Below, in pieces: positions 43,477-51,228 of a stretch of 51,228 bases of DNA; position 1 is the stretch's first letter, and each line of letters opens with the position of its first letter. Where the stretch lies: the IMG/VR virus record IMGVR_UViG_3300044841_000145, positions 1-51,228 of that record; one strand, given 5' to 3'. A program made the translations under genes and the position numbers. The stretch is from a virus. Its lineage: Duplodnaviria > Caudoviricetes. The notes below the pieces were generated by a model, which did no database searches, was not told the origin of the DNA, and was given only the letters and a program-made list of their open reading frames with translations.

Positions 43477-43673
43477 GCCGGCACCTGCGAACGGCGGCGG
43501 GCCTCGATGACGGCCTGCATGATCGTGCACGGGAACCGGAACCGGCCGGACTGCGCCCCGCCCGAGCAGGTGCGGCAGCAGCCGTGCCCGTCGTCGGCGT
43601 GCTTCGCGGCGAGGGTGTCCGCCATGCGCGGCTGAGACAGGATCAACGCGACGAGGGGTGGTATTCCGGACAT
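43473..43673 (-). CDS. Small Cys/His protein (66 aa)
   Basis: H.DDG.G.C..C.......PC motif; downstream of the XRE gene. Confidence 0.6.
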   Translation of the reverse strand: MSGIPPLVALILSQPRMADTLAAKHADDGHGCCRTCSGGAQSGRFRFPCTIMQAVIEARRRSQVPA

Positions 43674-43707
43674 TCACGCAGGGTCGCGTGACCAATACAC
43701 AACCGGG

Positions 43708-43742
43708 TAGGACGGAACGTCCTAGTAGGACACCACGTCCTA
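43708..43742. promoter_or_regulatory. Tandem palindromic operators TAGGAC-N5-GTCCTA (two copies)
   Basis: TAGGACGGAACGTCCTA at 43708-43724 and TAGGACACCACGTCCTA at 43726-43742. Confidence 0.7.
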
Positions 43743-44945
43743 CCCCTGCTCGACCAGTCCAGTGTGCCGCGCCAGCTCCACCAGCCGCGGCTGCTGCGAC
43801 GCCCGCTCCCGAAGCTCCCGCACGATCTGCCTGGTCTGCCGCTGCACCTGCAGCCACTCCGGCGCCGCCGACTTGATCCGCATCAACACATCCGTCGCCT
43901 CACCATCATGGCCCAGACGGGTGTGCGCCAGCGCCGTGTCCGCCATGTGCCGGGCACGGGCAGCCAACGGCAACGACATCCGCTCCGGCATGCCGCCTGC
44001 CGCGTCCAATGCCTGCGTGTACCGCTCCGTCACCACCTCGACGTCCACCGTCTGCATCAGCACCTGATCCGGCCCGAACGCCACCTGGTAGTCGTTCCGG
44101 TGGCCCGTCCGGCCGGCAGCCTCCTCCGCCTCGCCCAGCAGCACCCCGGCCGTCGCCCGGTCCTGGGCGCGCCCGGCCGCTGTTGCCCCCGACAGCAGCA
44201 GTGACCCGTACAGCGCCCACGCCGGCAACGGCGATCCACCTGACGGCGCCACTCCGGCAGCCGCGGCCGTCGCTACCTTGTGCGACTCCACGAAGCGGCC
44301 CTGACTGAGCAGCAGCCACGCCATCGTCCCCCGAAACGCCAGCGGCCGCAGCTCGTCATCGCCGTGCTCCGCGAGGGCGAGCGCCTCCCGTAACGCCAGG
44401 TGCGCGCTGTCGATGTGGCCCAGGTGCACCAGCGTGCATGCCGCGATCTGCCACACCTCCGCCGCCACGTCATGCGCGGCCGCCGACTCGGCAGCCGGCA
44501 CAGCCCGGACCATCGCGCGGGCCTGCCCCAGCGCGGCCGGCAGGATCGTCGGCAACTCGTCGTGCGTCCGCCCAGCCCAGTACGCCGCCCACCCGTACTC
44601 CACCGTCCGGCGCGCCTCCGCCACCGTCAGCGGCTCCACGTCCGGGTCCTCGCCGATCAGATCGTCCACCGCGGTGAGAGCCCGCCGCAACGCCAACGAC
44701 CCCGCATGCGCGTTCGGGCGCCGCACCGGCCGCGGCCTCGTCAACAAATCGCCCGTGTCCACGTCCAGAGCGCGGGCGATCGCATGCAAGCTGGGGATCG
44801 ACAGACTGTGCCGGCGCCCCTGCTCGAGCTTGCGGATCAGGTCCGGTGAAACGCCGGCGGCCGCGGCCAGCTCGGTCTGGGAGAACCGCGCGTGGCGCAG
44901 CCGCTTGATGTTGTCGCCGATGGACGGTCCAGTAGCATCAGGCAT
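43740..44945 (-). CDS. XRE-family HTH transcriptional regulator with helical (TPR-like) C-terminal domain
   Basis: IGDNIKRLR...SQTELAAAAGVS.D.IRKLEQG.R......L.AIARALDV; FGP..V..Q.V motif of actinomycete 400-aa XRE proteins. Confidence 0.9.
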   Translation of the reverse strand: MPDATGPSIGDNIKRLRHARFSQTELAAAAGVSPDLIRKLEQGRRHSLSIPSLHAIARALDVDTGDLLTRPRPVRRPNAHAGSLALRRALTAVDDLIGEDPDVEPLTVAEARRTVEYGWAAYWAGRTHDELPTILPAALGQARAMVRAVPAAESAAAHDVAAEVWQIAACTLVHLGHIDSAHLALREALALAEHGDDELRPLAFRGTMAWLLLSQGRFVESHKVATAAAAGVAPSGGSPLPAWALYGSLLLSGATAAGRAQDRATAGVLLGEAEEAAGRTGHRNDYQVAFGPDQVLMQTVDVEVVTERYTQALDAAGGMPERMSLPLAARARHMADTALAHTRLGHDGEATDVLMRIKSAAPEWLQVQRQTRQIVRELRERASQQPRLVELARHTGLVEQG

Positions 44946-45088
44946 GTCCGAGTCTCCGCTCTCGGGCGAAGCCCCCGTGGACGCTGCAACGTCACGGGGG
45001 CAATTTCATGCCTACGGTACCCGCGCGGTTGCGGACCCCTACTGATCCACGACCGAGCACGCGGGCACGTCGGGCAGCGGCGGGTACG

Positions 45089-45775
45089 TCACGAGGTCGA
45101 CTCCGTGGCGTCTCGGCGGGAAAGCACGGCGGCGACGCTGGACGCGTACCAGCGGTTGCCGCCTTGGGCTGTAGGGACGCCCTGCTCGTCGAGTAGGGCG
45201 GCGATCTCGCGCAGGCTCGCTCCCGCCTCGCGCTCCTCCACGATGGTCGCCACAACATCCGGAGGAGTGCGGTCCGGGCGTCCGAGCACGGCCCCCTGCG
45301 CCTTTTTTGCCTGGAGTGCCTCGGAGGTGCGCTGCCCAATGAGCCGCTTCTCGAAGCGGGCGAAGGCCGCCATGACATTCGCCATGACCTCGCCGCTCGG
45401 GGTTGAGGTGTCCACACCGAGGTCGCAGGCGACGAGCGCCCATCCGTCGCGGATGGCTCGCTCCAGCAGCATGGCTGCGTCTGCGGCGCTGCGGGAGAGG
45501 CGGTCGAGCTTCGCGACGATGAGCCCACTGGCCTTGCCACGTTCGATCGCCGTGAGGGCAGCAACGAGCCCTGGCCGTTCCTCGATGGCCAGCCCACCGG
45601 AAATCCCGGGATCGACATACTCGCCGACGATGCGCCACCTACGCCGGCCGCACTCGGTCGCAACCTTCGCCCGTTGAGCCTCGATGCCTAGGCCGCTGCT
45701 GGCCTGCTCCTCGGTCGAGACGCGGAGATAGGACACGAAGGTGCCGGGCTCTGCACGTCGTCGCCGGGTCGCCAT
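45089..45775 (-). CDS. Small serine recombinase (resolvase family)
   Basis: SYLRVSTEEQ..SGLG.EAQ, D.GISG, RPGL..AL, KLDRLSRS, DTSTPSG, FE...I.QRT...L...KA.G..LGRP. Confidence 0.93.
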   Translation of the reverse strand: MATRRRRAEPGTFVSYLRVSTEEQASSGLGIEAQRAKVATECGRRRWRIVGEYVDPGISGGLAIEERPGLVAALTAIERGKASGLIVAKLDRLSRSAADAAMLLERAIRDGWALVACDLGVDTSTPSGEVMANVMAAFARFEKRLIGQRTSEALQAKKAQGAVLGRPDRTPPDVVATIVEEREAGASLREIAALLDEQGVPTAQGGNRWYASSVAAVLSRRDATESTS

Positions 45776-45781
45776 CTCGCA

Positions 45782-45812
45782 ACCGTACAGCTAACGACCG
45801 ACTGGTGTACAA
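45782..45812 (-). promoter_or_regulatory. Leaderless promoter (-10 TACGGT) overlapped by GTACA-N16-TGTAC inverted repeat, probable res/autoregulation site
   Basis: ACCGTA at 45782-45787 lies 6 nt from the ATG; inverted GTACA/TGTAC arms at 45785-45810. Confidence 0.5.
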
Positions 45813-45860
45813 AATCACGGACTAGGCATCGGCGAGATGCTGCGTCGCGTCGCCAGGCGA

Positions 45861-46034
45861 GAGTTAGGCCAAGATCATCGAGTTAGGTTTCTCACCCCTG
45901 CCCCGGCGCCCGCCACACAGCCTCTGACCTGCGGAAAGTGAGCCAGTTACCCCGCTTACGGCTCACCCCCGACCCGGACTGGAGGGCCCGAATCGGGGGT
46001 GTTGAGCAGTGCTGCAGGGCCTAACCCGGCTCAC
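45861..46034. other. Putative clt (cis-acting locus of transfer) region
   Basis: Directly 3' of traB; GAGTTAGG twice (45861, 45880), related CCTAACCC (46020), GGCTCAC/GTGAGCC repeats and a hairpin. Confidence 0.5.
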
Positions 46035-48196
46035 TCATCGTCGAGGTCAGCCGTCGCCAGGCGTGCCAGAGCGGCTCTTACGTCCCCCGGGTCCAGCAGG
46101 TTCTTGTTCCCCGTCCGGGCCACCCGGACCCCGTACTGGTCCTCCAGCCGCGTCTTCAGCTTCTCCCCGTTCAGCACCCGGTACGGCGTCCAGTCCGGCG
46201 CCAGATCGCGCAGCAGTGCAGGCGCATCCGCGATCTTCACCCGCTCCGATCCGAGCACCACATCCAGGTCCTCGAGCAGGTTCCTAGGCGGCTGCCCCGC
46301 GCCCGACACCGCCGGCCGCTCCCCACCGGGCAGTCCCTTCCCGCGGCGGGCGATGGCCTCCAACGACCGGTCGATGAGCGGCGTGACCTGGTCGTTCCCC
46401 TCGTCGACCGACAGGAAGTACCACTGCAGGATCTCGGAGCGCTGCCCGCTGAACCCCTTCACCACGGCCGTGCCTCGGTCGGTGCCGGGGATCAGCTCCG
46501 TTGCCCGGTGCCCGGACCGGTAGGCGCCCTGACCCAGCAGCGCATCGTTGGCCACGTGGTCGCCCACGGCGAACGCGATGCCGTTGGAGCAGTTCCGGGT
46601 CACGTCGCGCGGCATCGAGTCCTTCGTCGGCGCCTGGGTGGAGACGATCAGGTGGATCCCCCGCTTCCGGCCCAGCTTCACGATGTCGATGAGCAGCTGG
46701 GAGATCTCCGCGCCGAACTCCTTGTGCTGGATCGCGACGTGCGCCTCCTCGAGCAGCGCGAAGATCGGGTGCATTCCAATGTTTCGGTTGGACAGCTCGC
46801 GCGTCACGGACGCCACCTCGAACTGGACGAGCTTCTCCCCGCGCACCTGAATCTCGGCGTGCAGCTCCCGCAGGTCCTCCAGAATCTCGGCGATCCTCTC
46901 GTCCTCGGCTCCCATCACGTACCGCGAGCAGCGGGGCCGGAACACCTCGAAGTCGAAGTTGCTGTCCGGCACCCAGATGCGCAGCTCAGCCGTCGGATCG
47001 AGCGCGGCGCCGATCATCAGCACTCGCGCCGCCGACGACTTGCCCTGGTCGGGCATCCCTCCGGTGATCGTGTTTCGTCCGATCAGCGGCGCGGACATCG
47101 GTGTCCCGCGCAGGGTCTTACCTGCAGGAACCCCCTTGAACACGTCGATCGCGCCGCCTTCGAGCAGCGGGTACGGCCCGGCACCCTCCGCGAGTGCCCC
47201 CTTGTCGGCCACCCATAGGTCGAGGATCCCGGCCTCGGCGCCCGTGGTGGGCCACACCTCCTTGGAGAGCCGGTACAGGCCCGTGGCCAGGTCAGCGCGG
47301 CGGCGCGCGATCTTCTCCGCGGTTACGCCGCTGGGTAGCCGGATCACCGCGTGAGTGCCGCGGCCATCTGTCCGCGCTGGCGTCAGGAACTGCAGCTTCG
47401 ATCCGGCCTTGAAGTAGACGGTGATCTGCGGGATCCGCAGCGCTGCCAGGGCCGCGGCGATTGTCGTCTCGTCGATCGTGACGTCGACGTCCGCGTCGGC
47501 CGCGGTGACCAGCCATGCCGGCGGCTTGCCACGTCGCTTGCCCTCGCGCCACGCCGCCAGGATGACCAGCGCGGGGAGCGCCATGAGCAGCGGCACCCAC
47601 GCCGCGGTAGCGACAGCGAGGCACCACGCAACCAGTGCGATCGCCCCACCGATCACCCCGACGAACGATCCGACGCCGGTGATCTGGGACAGGATCCCGA
47701 TGACGAGCACCACTGCGAACAGCCCGGCCATGGCGCCCAGCAGCACCTTGACCAGCCCCCATGCCAGCTTCGGGGCGTCCATGAGCGATTGGTGGCGGGA
47801 CGTGCGCGCCTTCTCGTACCGCTCGGCCCAGGCCGCGAGTCCCTCGCGGTCGCCCGCCATCTCGGCGGCGGTGAGAGCACGGCGGTAGACGCCCATCGTG
47901 GAGGCGTCCCACGCCCGCTTCGCCCAGCTCTCGAAGCCTTGGATGACGGTGAGACTGGTGGCCAAGGTGGTCCGCGCGGTCTGTTTGGTGCGGTCGTGGG
48001 TGGCGACGGTGCGGACGGTCGAGATGACGTGCACGTTCCGCCAGCGGCGGATCGCGCTCGGCGGCGTCGGGACCAGCGTCAACGCGGGCCGCCGCGGCTC
48101 GTCGTCGACGATCTCACCATCGAACACGGCCGCCTCGACGTCCCCGTCCGGGCGGACGTCGAGTTCGGCACGCCGCTCTTCGGGCTGTTCGCTCAC
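46031..48196 (-). CDS. traB: TraB-like FtsK/SpoIIIE conjugal DNA translocase
   Basis: Two N-terminal TM segments; Walker A GGMPDQGKSS; Walker B ALLEEAH; GRKRGI.L..STQ.P; C-terminal wHTH. Start set at GTG 48196. Confidence 0.88.
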   Translation of the reverse strand: MSEQPEERRAELDVRPDGDVEAAVFDGEIVDDEPRRPALTLVPTPPSAIRRWRNVHVISTVRTVATHDRTKQTARTTLATSLTVIQGFESWAKRAWDASTMGVYRRALTAAEMAGDREGLAAWAERYEKARTSRHQSLMDAPKLAWGLVKVLLGAMAGLFAVVLVIGILSQITGVGSFVGVIGGAIALVAWCLAVATAAWVPLLMALPALVILAAWREGKRRGKPPAWLVTAADADVDVTIDETTIAAALAALRIPQITVYFKAGSKLQFLTPARTDGRGTHAVIRLPSGVTAEKIARRRADLATGLYRLSKEVWPTTGAEAGILDLWVADKGALAEGAGPYPLLEGGAIDVFKGVPAGKTLRGTPMSAPLIGRNTITGGMPDQGKSSAARVLMIGAALDPTAELRIWVPDSNFDFEVFRPRCSRYVMGAEDERIAEILEDLRELHAEIQVRGEKLVQFEVASVTRELSNRNIGMHPIFALLEEAHVAIQHKEFGAEISQLLIDIVKLGRKRGIHLIVSTQAPTKDSMPRDVTRNCSNGIAFAVGDHVANDALLGQGAYRSGHRATELIPGTDRGTAVVKGFSGQRSEILQWYFLSVDEGNDQVTPLIDRSLEAIARRGKGLPGGERPAVSGAGQPPRNLLEDLDVVLGSERVKIADAPALLRDLAPDWTPYRVLNGEKLKTRLEDQYGVRVARTGNKNLLDPGDVRAALARLATADLDDE

Positions 48197-48363
48197 TTCT
48201 TCTTCCGCTTCTTGCGCTTCGTCGGGGTGAGGATGAGCACGAGCCGGCCCTTCTTGTCCTTCATGAAGATGCCGCCGACCAGCGTCTTTGTCGGTTTCGC
48301 CAGTGCGATGCCGAGCAGCACGGCGATCACGGCGGCCAGGGCGAGCGCAGCTCCGGCGTCCAT
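48193..48363 (-). CDS. Small membrane protein with basic tail (56 aa; not in the ORF track)
   Basis: MDAGAALALAAVIAVLLGIALAKP...KRKKRKKK; TGATG and GTGA overlaps. Confidence 0.65.
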   Translation of the reverse strand: MDAGAALALAAVIAVLLGIALAKPTKTLVGGIFMKDKKGRLVLILTPTKRKKRKKK

Positions 48364-48632
48364 CAGGCCGCCCGCCTGTCCTTGCCGCGGCGGCGGCGCC
48401 TGTCGCTGAGCGAGACCACATCGGCAGGCAGAAACACGGGCGGGGGGACTGGCTTCGCCCGGCGGGAGAGGTGGGCGCCCAGCCAGGCGACAGCGTCCAT
48501 GTCACCGAGGAGCCACCCGGCCAGCGCCACGGCGAACGGGGTCTGCGAGAGCGCCCACTCGACGCCGGGCGGGGCGAACAGGACCCACCCAGCCCACGCC
48601 ATCAGCGCAGGGATGGCGAGTTGCAGAATCAT
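48363..48632 (-). CDS. Small membrane protein (89 aa)
   Basis: Hydrophobic; paralog of 48784-49056. Confidence 0.65.
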   Translation of the reverse strand: MILQLAIPALMAWAGWVLFAPPGVEWALSQTPFAVALAGWLLGDMDAVAWLGAHLSRRAKPVPPPVFLPADVVSLSDRRRRRGKDRRAA

Positions 48633-48787
48633 CGGGCACCCGCTTTCTCCAGGTCACGCAAGCGCGTCCACGCGGCATGCGCGCACAGGGCTAGCCAGAT
48701 CACGGAGGCGACGGGGTCGTCCGCCCGAAGCACGAACGGGGCGGCGGCGACAACCACGAGGGCGCGCAAGTCCTGCGTCAGGTTCAC
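48629..48787 (-). CDS. Small membrane protein (52 aa; not in the ORF track)
   Basis: VNLTQDLRALVVVAAAPFVL...VIWLALCAHAAW; overlaps both neighbours by 4 nt. Confidence 0.55.
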   Translation of the reverse strand: MNLTQDLRALVVVAAAPFVLRADDPVASVIWLALCAHAAWTRLRDLEKAGAR

Positions 48788-49056
48788 GCCACCCGCCCTG
48801 CCGTCTCACGGGCCCGCCACGCGGCCATCGTCGACACATCCGCCGCGCGCATGACCACCACGACCGCCGGGCGGCGGAACACCGGCTGCCGTGCGGCCGG
48901 GCGGTCGGACCGGACGACAGCGGGCGGCCTGTCGAGCAGCCAGCCGGCCACCATGGCTGCCATCGGTAGCTGCAGCAGCAGCCACGGCAACGTGAACGGA
49001 GCCAGCCACGTCCACCCCGTCAATGCCATCAGGGCAGGAACGGCGAGCGCGATCAT
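48784..49056 (-). CDS. Small membrane protein (90 aa)
   Basis: AGGAG RBS; ATGA overlap; paralog of 48363-48632. Confidence 0.65.
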   Translation of the reverse strand: MIALAVPALMALTGWTWLAPFTLPWLLLQLPMAAMVAGWLLDRPPAVVRSDRPAARQPVFRRPAVVVVMRAADVSTMAAWRARETAGRVA

Positions 49057-50174
49057 CGGACACTCCTGAGTCGCTTCGGCACGGTCACCTGACCGCGCAG
49101 ACGGTCCGCCCGAGTCGCCCCGATGGACCAGTGGTCGATGACCGCTTTCCGACCGGGCACCCTGCGGGCACGGGTGGTCTCCGCGCGGATCCATTCGAGG
49201 ACTTCGTCATCGGTCACCGGAACGGGCGACTGGACCGGCTCGGCGTTGTGTTCGGGCTGGTCAGACCGGTCGCCGGCGGGCGCCACGGCGGTCGGCTCTC
49301 CGGGCATTTCGACCGGCTCGACGACCGCGGTCCCCCGGTCCACGTGGACCGGCATGCCGGGCGTCTCATCGGTCACCACGTCGGTCACCGGACCGGACAT
49401 CTGGACCGGCGCCGTGACCGGCTGAGCCGGTCCACGCTGGACCGCCTCGGTGGTCACGAAGTCGGTCACCCTGGCGGGCTTGGCTGCGGGCATGTGGACC
49501 GGTCCACCGGCGGTCATCTGGACCGGCTCGGGGGCCACTTCATGGACCGCCGCGAAGGCGGTCTGCGCGACTAGGTCGGCGACCGTCGCCCGGTCCGGTG
49601 CCCGCTCTGCCCGCTCCTTCTCCGCGTGCTCGGCGAGCGCCCGGTGGACCGCCTCGGTGAGCCTGTCCCGGAGGCCCGGCCCGGTCTCGGCGGCAGCGAA
49701 CACAGCCAGCGGCGGAACCGAGTGCAGCACCACGCCGGCCCAGGAAAGCGGTGCGCCCGCGAGCCCCCAGGACGGCCAGGTGTTCATCGTGTAGGTGGCG
49801 AGGAATGTCAGCCACTTGGTCCGACGAGCCCACGCCGGCAGCTCGATCTGGTATCGGGCGGTGATCTGCTCGGCGCGCAGCACTGCGATCAGCACGAGCG
49901 ACACCATCGGGTCGAGCAGCCACGCGGCCCACCACCCGAGGGAGTAAGGCTCCAGGCCGGTCGCGGCGAATGTCTGGACGTTGACCATGGTGAAGGCCAG
50001 CCCGAGTCCGATGCCCGTCCACAGCAGTGCGTCGACCTGGCTGCGGACCTTCTCGACGCGCAGCGCGATCACGTCCGGGTGCGTGGTGAGCGCGCGGATC
50101 TGCGCAGCGTCTGCCGCCTCCGCGGCGAGGCGCTCTACTCTCCCGCTCGAGGGCGCGGCCGGCTGGCTCGTCAC
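49053..50174 (-). CDS. Spd-like (SpdB/DUF2637-like) plasmid spread membrane protein with C-terminal HTH
   Basis: Four TM segments (GLAFTMVNVQ.FA, AWLLDPMVSL.L, VLHSVPP), Pro-rich linker, IG..RA.RL C-terminus. Confidence 0.7.
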   Translation of the reverse strand: MTSQPAAPSSGRVERLAAEAADAAQIRALTTHPDVIALRVEKVRSQVDALLWTGIGLGLAFTMVNVQTFAATGLEPYSLGWWAAWLLDPMVSLVLIAVLRAEQITARYQIELPAWARRTKWLTFLATYTMNTWPSWGLAGAPLSWAGVVLHSVPPLAVFAAAETGPGLRDRLTEAVHRALAEHAEKERAERAPDRATVADLVAQTAFAAVHEVAPEPVQMTAGGPVHMPAAKPARVTDFVTTEAVQRGPAQPVTAPVQMSGPVTDVVTDETPGMPVHVDRGTAVVEPVEMPGEPTAVAPAGDRSDQPEHNAEPVQSPVPVTDDEVLEWIRAETTRARRVPGRKAVIDHWSIGATRADRLRGQVTVPKRLRSVR

Positions 50175-50175
50175 T

Positions 50176-50337
50176 TCACCAGCCCCCAGCCAGCGCCCAG
50201 TCGTCACGCGTCCCGAGGTCGACGGGCTTCGCCGGCGTCTGGGGCACCTCAACGACAGCCGCGGTTTGGTGGCTCGGGCGTCGGAGCACGGCGACCACGA
50301 CCAGCAGCAGGTACAGGGCGATGCGCTGCATCTTCAT
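50176..50337 (-). CDS. Small membrane protein (53 aa)
   Basis: GAGGGG RBS; one TM segment. Confidence 0.55.
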   Translation of the reverse strand: MKMQRIALYLLLVVVAVLRRPSHQTAAVVEVPQTPAKPVDLGTRDDWALAGGW

Positions 50338-50594
50338 CTCCACCCCTCTGGGGCTTTGGTCCTCCGGCGCTGCCGCCACGGCAGCTGCCCGTAGTCGACG
50401 CGGCCCTGGATCCGCCCGATCTCGTCGGGGTCGAACACCACACCGCGGAACTGCTTGCGCAGCTGGTCGCGCTCGTCCTCGCTCATCACCACCACCGCTG
50501 ATGCCCACGCAGGCGACTGGGCCGGTGCTGGCCCCTGCGTGGCCTCGCTCGCCACCACCTGCTCAGACGGGACAGAAGGCACACCGGCCATCAC
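50334..50594 (-). CDS. Hypothetical protein
   Basis: Overlaps both neighbours; start uncertain. Confidence 0.45.
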   Translation of the reverse strand: MMAGVPSVPSEQVVASEATQGPAPAQSPAWASAVVVMSEDERDQLRKQFRGVVFDPDEIGRIQGRVDYGQLPWRQRRRTKAPEGWR

Positions 50595-50761
50595 CGCTCA
50601 CCTCGTCGGCGTTCCGGCTGCCGGGTGAGGAACGCCGGCAGGCGCCGCAGCTTGAACCCGCCCTGCTCCGTCCACCCCGACGAGGCGAGGCGGCGAAGGG
50701 ACAGGCCGAGGCGGGACGCTGGGCGGTCGTAGCGGGGGCCTCGGGTGCGACGGACGTTCAT
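50591..50761 (-). CDS. Small basic hypothetical protein (56 aa; not in the ORF track)
   Basis: ATGA overlap with the upstream gene; AAGGG RBS. Confidence 0.45.
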   Translation of the reverse strand: MNVRRTRGPRYDRPASRLGLSLRRLASSGWTEQGGFKLRRLPAFLTRQPERRRGER

Positions 50762-50889
50762 CGCCGACCGCCCTTCCGCTCGTCACCGTCGCGGCGACGT
50801 TCAGTGGGCGTCTTGCTCGCCCCGTGGCTGGCGCAGAACACTCCGACAGCCGGATTCGAGCAGCCAGCCGCGCCGCATGTTGCAGCCAT
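50758..50889 (-). CDS. Small Cys/His protein (43 aa)
   Basis: GGAGG RBS; C....C.......C..H. Confidence 0.5.
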   Translation of the reverse strand: MAATCGAAGCSNPAVGVFCASHGASKTPTERRRDGDERKGGRR

Positions 50890-50891
50890 GG

Positions 50892-51071
50892 TCAGGACCT
50901 CCAGAGCAGGGACGCCGGGACAGGCCCCGAGTCTGGGGTGATGACGACCGGCCGGACACCGGCGTCGACATGGGTGCCGGCCACGGCGGGCCGGGTGACC
51001 AGCGGGGTACCGACGCAGAGCGCGAGCAGCCCGACGAGCACCGCGGCGGCAGCAAGCTGGAGGCGGGTCAT
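50892..51071 (-). CDS. Small secreted/membrane protein (59 aa)
   Basis: Hydrophobic N-terminus; ATGA overlap. Confidence 0.5.
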   Translation of the reverse strand: MTRLQLAAAAVLVGLLALCVGTPLVTRPAVAGTHVDAGVRPVVITPDSGPVPASLLWRS

Positions 51072-51228
51072 TTGCTGAACCACTTCTTGCGCTGCGCCGA
51101 CGGCCGCAGATCCACCTGCCGGGCACTGGTGTGCTTTCCGCCGCCAGTCACGTAGCCGGTGCCGACCCGCTGCGATGTCTTGTTGCCGTGCGAGCAGGCC
51201 GAGCAGAACCCGCGCTCCTTGCCGCTGT
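51068..51228 (-). CDS. C-terminal part of a hypothetical protein (5'-truncated by the window edge)
   Basis: Open frame ...GFCSACSHGNK...KKWFSK-stop overlapping the next ATG. Confidence 0.45.
   Translation of the reverse strand, partial: SGKERGFCSACSHGNKTSQRVGTGYVTGGGKHTSARQVDLRPSAQRKKWFSK

Larger units (their letters stand above)
1..45775. mobile_element. Siphovirus-type actinobacteriophage prophage/phage-plasmid (partial; left end outside window)
   Basis: Colinear head-neck-tail-fibre-lysis gene order on + strand with overlapping start/stop codons, followed by small phage-like accessory genes. The right boundary is uncertain. Confidence 0.85.
45861..51228 (-). mobile_element. Actinomycete TraB-type conjugative transfer/spread module (AICE- or plasmid-like), continues beyond the window
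   Basis: Operon of small membrane proteins, an Spd-like protein, TraB and a clt-like locus. Confidence 0.75.

Noticed and set aside
48197-48505. N-terminal extension of TraB given in the ORF track (824 aa)
   Set aside because: The region is better explained by two small overlapping membrane ORFs; GTG at 48196, coupled to the upstream stop, is the more plausible start.
1-51228. CRISPR array, tRNA/rRNA genes, integrase or att site
   Set aside because: No regularly spaced repeat-spacer array, cloverleaf, or tyrosine/large serine integrase motifs were recognised by eye. A tRNAscan or CRISPR search was not run.

Overview
GC-rich actinomycete DNA (Pseudonocardiaceae-like by gene content; inference) that appears to be entirely mobile. 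Bases 1-36.4 kb are the morphogenesis and lysis arm of a siphovirus-type (pro)phage. Its head module resembles mycobacteriophage cluster B: a multidomain capsid maturation protease, major capsid protein, adaptor and neck genes, major tail protein, a likely frameshifted tail chaperone, a 1394-aa tape measure protein, Dit/Tal and two beta-helix fibre cassettes, followed by an amidase endolysin and holin. Several accessory cassettes interrupt this arm: serine recombinase plus endonuclease VII, a GT-C glycosyltransferase, and a class F sortase with its probable substrate. From 36.6 to 45.8 kb lie an HTH replication-initiator-like gene, a PD-(D/E)xK nuclease, many small accessory genes, an XRE regulator and a second serine recombinase. 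From 46 to 51.2 kb is a Streptomyces-type conjugation module (clt-like locus, TraB/FtsK, Spd-like membrane proteins), with no visible integrase or att site separating it from the phage genes. The main observations are: (i) the protease polyprotein carries a 2H-phosphoesterase and other cargo domains separated by repeated putative cleavage motifs; (ii) the phage encodes a sortase F/substrate pair that appears to be under a phage late-type promoter; (iii) a GACACGCGACT motif lies exactly 38 nt upstream of leaderless starts; (iv) the element may be a conjugative phage-plasmid. All product calls come from motif recognition by eye; no database searches were run.
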